A stretch of 63,825 bases of DNA, counting the filler. It is 7 parts of 7 records of this genome, joined end to end, with 100 filler letters (N's around TTAATTAATTAA, not from the genome) between each part and the next. Parts side by side here need not be neighbours in the genome. Positions count along the whole stretch, not along the records: positions 50,735 to 58,281 come from SRR31156797_12637; positions 58,382 to 63,825 come from SRR31156797_12689; 5 more parts are not named here. One strand, given 5' to 3'. The position numbers and the translations under genes were made by a program. Every line of letters begins with the position of its first letter. Positions within the stretch are counted from its first letter, which is position 1. Positions 55,326 to 63,825 of the stretch are shown here, one piece after another. The notes below the pieces were generated by a model. That model had not been told where the DNA came from, made no database searches, and saw only the letters and a list, made by a program, of their open reading frames with translations.

Positions 55326-57641
55326 ATGGAGACAAACGAACGCCAAAACATTATCTCCATATTCCTGGTATCGGCGGGCGCGCTGACCTTTGAAATCGTC
55401 CTGACCCGGCTTTTCGCCATTACATACTGGCATCATTTCGCTTCCCTTTTGATAGCCCTTGCCCTGACCGGATTCGGCGCCGCCGGCAGCTTGCTTGTCC
55501 CCTTTATACCGGCCCTGGCCGGGAATAAAACAAAGGCCCTGGCCATAAGCGCGGTTTTGGGCGCCGTCGCGATTCCATTATCATATCTGGGTATACTGTC
55601 ATTGGAACTGGAGCCGCTGGCCCTGGCCTGGTCATATTCTGAGTGGTTAAAACTGGCCCTGGTCTGCCTGATCCTGGCTTCCTCCTTCATACCTCCGGCC
55701 GCGCATATCGCCATGATACTGGCCTGGGCAAAGTCGCCGGGAAAGCTCTACGCTTCCAACCTGACCGGCTCCGCGGCCGGCTGCCTGATCGCAGCGGGCG
55801 CCTTTGCCGCCATGCCGCCCAATAAAGCCATGAACATAGCCATGGTCCTGCTATTAGCCGGCGCTGTCTTTCAATTAAAAAATCTGGTCCGCCCCTTTTC
55901 CATTGCCTGCTGGACGGCATTCGCGGCAGCGGCCGGGCTTGTTTTTTTACCGCTGCCTCTTAAATATGAAGCATTCAAAGACCGGTCCATTGTTTTATCG
56001 GCCATGGGGTCCAACATAAAGGCGACTGAATACGGACTGTCCGGAGCTTTTGAAATAATCGGAGGCCCGACTTTTCATTATCTTCCCGGCTTGTCTTTAA
56101 GATGTCAAAAAAAGCTGCCTATGCAGCAGGGCCTCTTCCTGGACGGGGACCTTATCGGCCCGATAGTTGAATGGAATCCCGGTGACAAGATCCCGCCAAT
56201 CATGGAATGTATGCTTTTTTACATGCCTGTTCATGTAATAAAGCCGGAAAGCGTTCTTGTTATTGAGCCGGGAGGAGGACTCGGCCTGTTAACTTCCCTC
56301 GCCGGCGGCGCCGGACGGATTGTCGGCCTGGAAGCTTATCCTGAAATATTTTCCCTTATGGCAGGAGAGGCCGCGGATTTCAGCGGCGGCCTTTACAACA
56401 GGCCGGAAATTAAAATAATCCAGGCCGATCCGGCTGATGAAATGAAAAGGATTGACGAGCGGTTCGATCTGATCGCTCTGGGACAGGGTTCGAGGTGGGA
56501 AGCAGGCCCGACGGGCGGTTTGGGCTCGGCCCGGCTGCTGACCATACAGGGCATGATAAATATGATTGAGCGGCTGACCGATACCGGCGCGCTGGCCATA
56601 TCCGGCCCTTTAATGACGCCGCCCCGCGCTTCCTTAAAAGTGATATTTACCGCGGTTGGAGCCCTGAATGAAAAAGGGCTTGATTCAAAAGAATCCCTGG
56701 CCGTTTTCCGGGATTGGAACACGGTTCTGATATTGATAAAACCATCCGGATTCAATAATAGGCAGACAAACCTTTTCCTGCAACTATCGAAGAAAAACGG
56801 TTTTGATATATGCCGCCTACCCGGAATCGAAAATACGCCGGCCAAGGTTTTCCATCATTTGCCCGGTTCGCCGCTAAAATCGGCCGTAAGCGAGGCCTTA
56901 AGCGGTGGTTCGGAAAAATACATGGCCGCCTCTCTGTTCAACCTTAAACCCGCCACAAGAGACCGGCCTTATTTTTTTCATTTTATCAGCCCCCAATCCC
57001 TGGCCCTGGTCATGGGAACTGAACAGGGACGCCCGCTCGCGGTTACGGAATGGGGAATTCTTTTCACTTACGGGGGGCTGGTCATCTCCATCCTGCTGGC
57101 GGCAATCGGTATAATCGCGCCGATAAGAAAACTAAGGCCCCTGCCTAAAGGCATCGCCTTTTTCTGTTTGATCGGAATGGGGTACATGCTTGCGGAAATT
57201 ACTCTTTTGGCTGAAATTGTATATAGGCTGGGAAAACCGGCTTTGGCCGTGCCCCTTGTTGTGGGATCGTTTTTGATCTTTTCGGGATTGGGCAGCGCGG
57301 CGCTTGGTTCAAAGCCGCCAAAAACGTTCGCCATACTTTCTGGCGCGGTATTGCCTTTCACGCTCCTGGCGGTCAGATTCTTTCCGCTTGGAGGAGTTAC
57401 GGCAGCGGCGGCCCTGCTGCCTGCAGCCTTTTTGATGGGAGTTCCTTTTCCAGGCGGGCTTAACCACCTGGCCGGGCCAAGGGAACAGGCCAGAACATGG
57501 GCTTTCGGACTTAACGGTTTTTTCAGCGTGGCCGGCGCCCTGGCCGCCGGCCTGGTTTGTCTTGAAGCCGGTCATTTGTTTTCAATTGCTGTTGCTTCTG
57601 CGTGTTATTTTCTGGCCGGGTTTTGCATTAAAGAGAGGTGA
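55326..57641 (+). CDS. Multi-TM protein with a central spermidine-synthase-like SAM-binding domain
   Basis: FEIVLTRLF...HFASL, LYASNLTGS, VLVIEPGGG, ATRDRPYFF, IGMGYMLAEI, WAFGLNGFFSV. Confidence 0.75.
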   Translation: METNERQNIISIFLVSAGALTFEIVLTRLFAITYWHHFASLLIALALTGFGAAGSLLVPFIPALAGNKTKALAISAVLGAVAIPLSYLGILSLELEPLALAWSYSEWLKLALVCLILASSFIPPAAHIAMILAWAKSPGKLYASNLTGSAAGCLIAAGAFAAMPPNKAMNIAMVLLLAGAVFQLKNLVRPFSIACWTAFAAAAGLVFLPLPLKYEAFKDRSIVLSAMGSNIKATEYGLSGAFEIIGGPTFHYLPGLSLRCQKKLPMQQGLFLDGDLIGPIVEWNPGDKIPPIMECMLFYMPVHVIKPESVLVIEPGGGLGLLTSLAGGAGRIVGLEAYPEIFSLMAGEAADFSGGLYNRPEIKIIQADPADEMKRIDERFDLIALGQGSRWEAGPTGGLGSARLLTIQGMINMIERLTDTGALAISGPLMTPPRASLKVIFTAVGALNEKGLDSKESLAVFRDWNTVLILIKPSGFNNRQTNLFLQLSKKNGFDICRLPGIENTPAKVFHHLPGSPLKSAVSEALSGGSEKYMAASLFNLKPATRDRPYFFHFISPQSLALVMGTEQGRPLAVTEWGILFTYGGLVISILLAAIGIIAPIRKLRPLPKGIAFFCLIGMGYMLAEITLLAEIVYRLGKPALAVPLVVGSFLIFSGLGSAALGSKPPKTFAILSGAVLPFTLLAVRFFPLGGVTAAAALLPAAFLMGVPFPGGLNHLAGPREQARTWAFGLNGFFSVAGALAAGLVCLEAGHLFSIAVASACYFLAGFCIKER

Positions 57642-57644
57642 CCC

Positions 57645-58281
57645 ATGAACGTGGCGAACGTGGCATGTTTGATCATGGCCTTTCTATTAATCTGGCCATT
57701 CTCACGTTCTCCTTCCACGAAAACCGAATTCGAAGAAGCCAGAATGGAAATGGTAAAAATCCAGATCCAGAGGCGCGGAGTCAAAGACAAAAGAACCCTG
57801 GAAGCCATGCGCAAAACGCCGCGTCATTTGTTCGTCCCTGAAGACATGGCGGATATTGCGTACACGGACCGGCCCCTGCCTATCGGGTACGGACAGACGA
57901 TTTCCCAGCCATACATGGTCGCGTACATGACTGAAGTGTTGGAATTGACCGGCAAGGAAAAAGTTTTGGAAATAGGAACCGGGTCCGGGTACCAGGCTGC
58001 CGTACTGGCTGAAACGGCCAAGGAAGTTTATTCCGTGGAAATAATTCCGGAGCTTCACGAGCAGGTTAAAAAACGGCTGGCTAATTTAGGGTATGGGGAT
58101 GTAAAACTGAAATTGGGAGACGGCTATTTCGGCTGGTCGGAAAATGCGCCATACGACCGTATAATTGTGACCTGCGCCGCCGGCCATTTACCATTGCCGC
58201 TTATAAAGCAACTCAAACCCGGAGGCATGATGGTCATTCCCGTGGGCCGGGCCTGGACCATACAGACCTTGGTATTGGTAT
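57645..58281 (+). CDS. pcm: Protein-L-isoaspartate O-methyltransferase with a hydrophobic N-terminal extension (3' truncated)
   Basis: [43 protein letters not shown]. Confidence 0.92.
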
Positions 58282-58381
58282 NNNNNNNNNNNNNNNNNNN
58301 NNNNNNNNNNNNNNNNNNNNNNNNNTTAATTAATTAANNNNNNNNNNNNNNNNNNNNNNNNNNNNNNNNNNNNNNNNNNNN
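58282..58381. other. Artificial contig spacer
   Basis: N-run/TTAATTAATTAA/N-run. Confidence 0.98.
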
Positions 58382-58415
58382 CCGATCCCGGCCGGAAAAA
58401 AACGGCCGGGACCGG
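58382..58415 (-). terminator. GC-rich hairpin downstream of the secreted protein gene
   Basis: CCGATCCCGGCCG-gaaaaaaa-CGGCCGGGACCGG; a second imperfect hairpin lies at about 58479-58510. Confidence 0.55.
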
Positions 58416-58518
58416 GTTAAATAAAAATTTCAAGTTACTTTTCTTTCCTAAAACCAATCGTTAAATGGGAATACCAGATTGAGGACCGAATACGAATTCG
58501 GCCCCTTCAATTTCTATG

Positions 58519-59496
58519 CTAATTGTGAGAGCAGTTTCCGCAGAAAATCTGTTCACCCGGCACGGCCAGGCTAGGAGTATCAACATATTCGCTGCCGTGA
58601 ATGGCAATATACTTGATGCTTACATTATCCTGGCCGTATCTGATATCAGCTGTGCTCATTTCAGGTACGTCTACACGAACTTTTATCCTGTCTCCGGATC
58701 TCAGACGGAACTGAGTTTCCGTTTCCATGTTCGTTGCGCCGGTTTCAGGCATGATAAGAACGATGGCCTCGTCCCAGAGCGCCTTGGATGTATAAAGCGC
58801 ACCATTGAGGCTGGCTGTCTGAAGGCCGGGATGATTGCGGGCATCAATAAAAAAGGCGCCTGCCTGTTTAAAAGCGGCAGGGGCATTCGGTCCAGGCAAA
58901 GCCCATACACTGATCTTGGGGTTTCCACCCTCAAGCCAGAAAGTGCCCGGAGACTGGAAACCACTGTAGCGACCGGTCTGTTCCGCACCATCAAAGGGAG
59001 AATTCCCGAAGAGAGTCCATGCGTTAGGCTTTGCCACACAGTCGATGATATTCAGGTCGAGATCCGTCTGGGGTTTCTTCTGAAGCACAATCTGCCATTC
59101 AAACCAGTATTCGTTGAATGCAGTGGCCAACCTTGACTGATATTGACCCAGTTGAAGATCAGGAGGATCCAAATATCCCCAACCGGCAAAACAAAAGTCG
59201 TCAGCCGGCTGATTGGCGTTTGAATCGAAGTACTCCCAGAAGCCGCTTGCGCCCACAAGATTACAATAGGGAACACCGGCAATAACTAACGGATTGTCGC
59301 AATCATCGGTAAAATCACTGTATTCATTGATGAGTACCTGGCCATTGTTGTTCACTCCGCAAACAATATCATTTACAAAAGTATTGAAAAAGTTATTTGC
59401 GTCGCATCCGACTGTATCATACTCAGGTTGATCCCCTGCCATGGCAGGTGTACACATAAAAACGACAGCCAATAATAGAACAACGATTCTTTTCAT
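58519..59496 (-). CDS. Secreted Cys-rich hypothetical protein
   Basis: Signal peptide MKRIVVLLLAVVFMCTPAMA, strong AAGGAGG RBS, eight Cys in the mature region, ends CGNCSHN. Confidence 0.85.
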   Translation of the reverse strand: MKRIVVLLLAVVFMCTPAMAGDQPEYDTVGCDANNFFNTFVNDIVCGVNNNGQVLINEYSDFTDDCDNPLVIAGVPYCNLVGASGFWEYFDSNANQPADDFCFAGWGYLDPPDLQLGQYQSRLATAFNEYWFEWQIVLQKKPQTDLDLNIIDCVAKPNAWTLFGNSPFDGAEQTGRYSGFQSPGTFWLEGGNPKISVWALPGPNAPAAFKQAGAFFIDARNHPGLQTASLNGALYTSKALWDEAIVLIMPETGATNMETETQFRLRSGDRIKVRVDVPEMSTADIRYGQDNVSIKYIAIHGSEYVDTPSLAVPGEQIFCGNCSHN

Positions 59497-59571
59497 CTCA
59501 ATTCCTCCTTAAGTCATTTTTTTAAAAAACAGGTTTTCCCATAACAACCGGTTAAGGATTTTACTAGACGC

Positions 59572-59583
59572 ATCACCTCCTTT
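59572..59583 (-). promoter_or_regulatory. Extended Shine-Dalgarno-like box in the 5' leader
   Basis: Minus strand AAAGGAGGTGAT is complementary to the 16S 3' tail; about 75 nt upstream of the real start, which has its own RBS. Confidence 0.55.
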
Positions 59584-59644
59584 TGAATATCATTAAACGG
59601 TTAACGACAATAACCGACCCGATATATTGGTACACGGGCTCAGT

Positions 59645-60637
59645 TTAACAACTGCTTTTTCTTAAGAAACGGCAACGAACGAAATTCAGGCTGCCCAGGC
59701 CGGACAGAAACAGAAGCAGCGATCCCGGAATCGGAGTTGGTACCGCGGTGCTTACCTCGGTTGTCAGGGTAAGGGGGATGCCATCTTCTCCGATCTGGAA
59801 GGGGCCTTCGATTTCCAGTCTTGAGAAGTCCGGTACTATGGCTATAACTTGCCCCGAATCATTATATACAGGAAAATAACCGTTCAGTTTCATATTCTTC
59901 ATTGTAGCATTGAGAATTATTCCTGTTTTTAAAAGGTAATAGACATTATTGCCGTCGATTTTATTATGAAGCGGTACATCGATAGAGTCGTTTCGCATGG
60001 CTTGGTTCAGGTTGATCTCGTAAAGACTCTGAATGGATGAACTTCCTTCGATAAATTCAACTATCAGGGCGCTGGCTGAAAAATCTTCGAGCTTGGCCTC
60101 GTTGCTTCCATAATCAAACAGGTTGAAATCTATTATTCCATCCAGGCTGGCACTTAAACTGATTGTTGTATCCTCATCCACACTGAATTGTCGCGTAATT
60201 GCGGATGTAACTTTCTGCCGGACATTCATTGCGTTCTCATTTTCATTGAATCTGTTCGGACCGCCAGTCTCTCCGGTAATGGCGAGAGTACCTGAGACAT
60301 AATTAATGGTCGTGTCTCCAAGGATCCCACCGCCTGAACTGGCCTTAAGGATTGCCGATCCACCCTGATTATAAAAATTTTCATGCCGGATATCTGATGC
60401 GGTATCATCTATGGACCCTGCTTTGATAGTGTCACTTATATTATTGGTCCAATTATGAGTATAGGTATTGTTCGGGTCGGGCTGTGCATCGTGATGATAA
60501 AAGTCTCCGCCATTAGCTTGGACCGTATAATCGAAGAGAACATCGGCAGGGTTTCCCCATATTATTGATGCATGGGCTGGCGTGAATGTACAAAGAATCA
60601 GGGATAGCGATAAAAATACCTTAACAATGTTTTTCAT
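59645..60637 (-). CDS. PEP-CTERM-type (PIP variant) exosortase-sorted surface protein
   Basis: Signal peptide ending AHA; C-terminal VPTPIPGSLLLFLSGLGSLNFVRCRFLRK; ATG 60637 follows GAGGTG. Confidence 0.8.
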   Translation of the reverse strand: MKNIVKVFLSLSLILCTFTPAHASIIWGNPADVLFDYTVQANGGDFYHHDAQPDPNNTYTHNWTNNISDTIKAGSIDDTASDIRHENFYNQGGSAILKASSGGGILGDTTINYVSGTLAITGETGGPNRFNENENAMNVRQKVTSAITRQFSVDEDTTISLSASLDGIIDFNLFDYGSNEAKLEDFSASALIVEFIEGSSSIQSLYEINLNQAMRNDSIDVPLHNKIDGNNVYYLLKTGIILNATMKNMKLNGYFPVYNDSGQVIAIVPDFSRLEIEGPFQIGEDGIPLTLTTEVSTAVPTPIPGSLLLFLSGLGSLNFVRCRFLRKSSC

Positions 60638-60670
60638 AATCACCTCGTCATGTTTTGTTATTATTGCCAA

Positions 60671-63283
60671 TTACCAATTACCAAGGCCGACGTTTGCAGC
60701 GCCTGAAAAATGAATATCCCGGCATTGCATTGAGAGTGTACTGATGTCGAACCAAGGGGATTGACTTTCAAAAAAAACGGACCGGCCGTCAGACAACCAG
60801 ACCTTGAACATTGAATCGATATCGGAGCTGTTTACGATCAGGTCTCCGGTTCCATCTCCGTTAACATCTGATACCGACTCGATCCTCATGCCTTCCTGTG
60901 GGTCGAAAACCGCCCAGACCAGATTCCGGTAAAAACGATCTTTACCGTTTGAACGGCAGGCGTAAACCCTGATTCTGCCCGTTAGGCCGTTTCCCTTGTC
61001 CCGCAAAACCAGGTCATCAAAGCCGTCTCCATCCACATCGGACATTGCAAGGGACTCTATCGGGCCTGAGACCGGCGAGGGAGAAACGGAAAGCCAGTAA
61101 CTACAATCACGGAATCTTGAGCCGTCCGATAGTCCTGCCAGATAGGAAACAGGCCGCCATGCGGATGATGCAAACAGCTCGCTGTATCGTACCTCACAAA
61201 TCAAATCCGTCTTGCGGTCTCCGTCTACATCCCCAAGTAAAAACAGCATTTTAGATGGATACCTTGTGAAAAAAGTGGCCCAAGGATAGGGAAATTGCGT
61301 AAAAATATTTTTTGCGTCGGACAGGAGAACATGGATCTGAATCTGCTCCTGACTGGGTTGAATGGTTTTCCGTGTACAGAAAACGAGATCCGATTTTCCG
61401 TCCCCGTTGACGTCTGCAAAACCTAGGAATTCGGATATCCCAGGAATAACGCCTGGGTGTGAATACCATTTTGCAGGATTATCAGAAAAACCTTTGGAAT
61501 CCGAGGCAGGATAAACATAATAATCGGTGACGGATTCCGTTGTATCCGCCTGGGTTGTCCGGCTGACGACAAGATCCGAATGACCGTCACCATTTACATC
61601 GGCTATTCCGAGGGTCTTCATGTCCGGTTCGATTACCGTTTGTTTTATCTCTTCTCCTGACGAACTGTCTTCACCGTGGAAGAAGCAGGAATGGTGCTTG
61701 TGAATTTCGGAACCGTTCAAATTCTCAACTGTTTCCAACACAAGATCGACTGTGCTGAAACGGGGTTCGTACAGGTCTAAAAAATCAAAGGCTGAAACAG
61801 CATCAAGCCGCCCCCGGCCATATCTGTCATCCTGGCCGGACGGACCGAAATCGATGGCAGTATTTAACAAAAATCCTCTCAGCTGATTCAGGGTGAGACC
61901 GGGGTAAGACTGAAGCAGCAAGGCTGCGGTTCCTGCCACATGGGGTGCGGCAAGCGAGGTCCCGGTAAGTTTCTGGTATTCACCGTTCACGTTCAATCCG
62001 GAGATCTCAACACCGGGCGCCGTGATATCGGGTTTGTTCGAGCATACGTCATTCCAGCAGACCTCTCCTCCCCCGCTGAAAAAGGCAGTCCGGTCGATTT
62101 CATTGGTGGCTCCGACACCTATCGCCTCCGGCACATTTCCCGGGGAAAGGGTGGAATTCATACCATAGTTTCCGATTGCACATACAGGCAGAATACCGGC
62201 CTTCGTCATATTAATTATGGCTTCCCTTAATACTTCGGACTTACCCGACATCCCCCAGGACATATTGACGATCTGTGCACCGTCATCCGTAGCAGGGTCG
62301 TTATCAGGGTCTATAACCCACTGCATACCTGCAAGAACTTGTTCAATGGTTCCATATCCGCGGGGAAGGACCAACGCGGAGAGAAGTGAAACACCTGGGG
62401 CGATTCCTGTTGTTTCGCCGGCAATAACGCTTGCCGTATGCGTTCCATGGGACTGGTCATGTGTCTCATGCGGTTCGCTTTCAAGCTTGTCACCCAATGG
62501 ACCGAACTCGGCCCAGTTAATCACTTTTCCTTCAAGATCCGGATGAAACGGATTGATGCCCGTATCCAGGTGTCCGACCCTAACGCCGCTTCCATCCAAC
62601 TCTGTATTTTTAATTTTGTCCACCCCAATGACGCGATGATTCCATAAATCCACGGAAGAGTCTGAAACATCAGATGATTCCGGATTAAGCGGAGGCACAC
62701 TGAGTATTTTGTTTTCCACGATTTCCAGGACATCCGGATGTTGTGCAATGGCCTGCAAGTCTTCCGAAGAGACAGAAGTTACGATACTGTTGGAGATCCA
62801 GAAACTTCGACTATAATCATTATCGTCATCATGGGCCCTTGGGGGAAATTCTGCGAAACATCTCGAATTTGTTTTGTAAGGAGATCTGTTTTTTCTTGTT
62901 CTTAAAAAAGTGATAAAATCTTTTTGAGTGGCCCGGGCATCCTTTTTTAACCTTGCAATTGAATCTGCCGCAGCCTTTTTTCTGATCTGCCGGTCAAAGG
63001 TTTTCCCTATGTTATTTTTTAAACGGACAATGACCCTTATCTGTTTGTCCCGGTCGGAATTATTAGCCATTCGTTGGAGATCTCTGGATACTCGCGCTTG
63101 TATCAGAGGTGAATCCGGCCGGGAGGTCTCTTCCCCAAAACCTGTCCCGGATAAAATAAGGGGAATGAGGATCAATATGCCTAACTGGATTATGAGCTGG
63201 CGATGACCGCCCATTGAAGAACAGAGGAAGGAAGGAACGAAATGCTTAGGACGCAACACTTTATCGCGAATACTATTATTCAT
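60671..63283 (-). CDS. S8 subtilase with a propeptide and C-terminal FG-GAP/VCBS repeats
   Basis: Catalytic triad LDTG, HGTHTA, GTSLAAPHV; five DV(N/D)GD repeats; N-terminal hydrophobic segment. Confidence 0.92.
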   Translation of the reverse strand: MNNSIRDKVLRPKHFVPSFLCSSMGGHRQLIIQLGILILIPLILSGTGFGEETSRPDSPLIQARVSRDLQRMANNSDRDKQIRVIVRLKNNIGKTFDRQIRKKAAADSIARLKKDARATQKDFITFLRTRKNRSPYKTNSRCFAEFPPRAHDDDNDYSRSFWISNSIVTSVSSEDLQAIAQHPDVLEIVENKILSVPPLNPESSDVSDSSVDLWNHRVIGVDKIKNTELDGSGVRVGHLDTGINPFHPDLEGKVINWAEFGPLGDKLESEPHETHDQSHGTHTASVIAGETTGIAPGVSLLSALVLPRGYGTIEQVLAGMQWVIDPDNDPATDDGAQIVNMSWGMSGKSEVLREAIINMTKAGILPVCAIGNYGMNSTLSPGNVPEAIGVGATNEIDRTAFFSGGGEVCWNDVCSNKPDITAPGVEISGLNVNGEYQKLTGTSLAAPHVAGTAALLLQSYPGLTLNQLRGFLLNTAIDFGPSGQDDRYGRGRLDAVSAFDFLDLYEPRFSTVDLVLETVENLNGSEIHKHHSCFFHGEDSSSGEEIKQTVIEPDMKTLGIADVNGDGHSDLVVSRTTQADTTESVTDYYVYPASDSKGFSDNPAKWYSHPGVIPGISEFLGFADVNGDGKSDLVFCTRKTIQPSQEQIQIHVLLSDAKNIFTQFPYPWATFFTRYPSKMLFLLGDVDGDRKTDLICEVRYSELFASSAWRPVSYLAGLSDGSRFRDCSYWLSVSPSPVSGPIESLAMSDVDGDGFDDLVLRDKGNGLTGRIRVYACRSNGKDRFYRNLVWAVFDPQEGMRIESVSDVNGDGTGDLIVNSSDIDSMFKVWLSDGRSVFFESQSPWFDISTLSMQCRDIHFSGAANVGLGNW

Positions 63284-63825
63284 TTTTTCACCTCTATTTA
63301 TCTCAGTGTTCCAGAGTGAGTATATAACATTGCAAATGCAATATTAGCTATAATAGTCGTGGCGCTGCCAACCCTGTAGAGAACATGATGTTATTGATGA
63401 TAGAATAATAATTCTAAATAAAGTATACGATATTTTCACATTTTTTTAGGACCCGGATTTAGAAATGTTTACGTGTAGAGGATTCTGATCAGACAAGAAG
63501 TTAATTCGAATTATTATTGTTTAATAATTGAAACTCTGATTCAAGTTTAGAATGTATTTCAATGAAGTCCTGTTAACCTCAAATAACAAACCATATTTTG
63601 ATCGTCAAGCTTAAAAATAAAAAAATCGTCCCAGCAAAATTATAGGGTATGGGGGATATCACTGCCAAATTATGAGGCGGCAATACAGCCAAAACAGAAT
63701 TCGCTTTAAAATGAAGATATGAGCACCCTCGAACAAACTACATCAATAAACTATGTAAAAAATAAATATCTGTGTTTATTAAACAATAACATAAATGGGG
63801 TTGATCATAATATCGGCCATAAGGC

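Noticed and set aside
58519-58545. c-type heme site at the C-terminus of the secreted protein (CGNCSH)
   Set aside because: The pattern is CxxCxH, not CxxCH; a disulfide or metal site is more likely.
63284-63825. sigma54 promoter or c-di-GMP riboswitch upstream of the subtilase operon
   Set aside because: TTGCA is present, but without GG at the required spacing, and I found no riboswitch core motifs.

Overview
The window is not one locus. It joins seven unrelated contigs with 100-nt N/TTAATTAATTAA/N spacers, and looks like an anoxic, probably saline, metagenome. (1) 1-10489: Methanosarcinaceae-like archaeon with an S-layer gene fragment and a glycogen/alpha-glucan operon (DUF432, MscS, two GH57 paralogues, ACT-V4R, GH15, debranching enzyme, GT4, DUF2582). 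(2) 10590-18850: AT-rich Arcobacter-like contig (aspartokinase, FliL, proVWX, L,D-transpeptidase). (3) 18951-33435: Desulfobacterales-like contig with a membrane-anchored protein tail coupled to a PAS-GGDEF-GGDEF*-EAL protein, HDOD and TolC; a sigma54-controlled non-pyrrolysine MttB-family methyltransferase plus GltS symporter beside a membrane-bound PBP-PAS-bEBP; a DEDDh nuclease, an FRG protein, two gene relics and a QueG-like Fe-S protein. (4) 33536-42180: Desulfovibrionaceae-like (cimA, MBL hydrolase, GH57/DUF3536, ileS). (5) 42281-50634: Desulfobacteraceae-like (glpX, CI/LexA-like S24 repressor, DUF2868-DUF3482 GTPase pair, oleC). (6) 50735-58281: thiolase, non-decarboxylating glutaryl-CoA dehydrogenase, gcdA, a spermidine-synthase-like membrane protein and pcm. 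(7) 58382-63825: subtilase with FG-GAP repeats, a PEP-CTERM-type protein and a secreted Cys-rich unknown protein. The best candidates for undescribed systems are the MttB/GltS/bEBP module (promoter and three candidate enhancer palindromes are readable in the DNA), the c-di-GMP/HDOD/TolC module and the contig-7 surface module. I saw no rRNA, tRNA or CRISPR array. All family and taxon calls come from motif recognition, without database searches.
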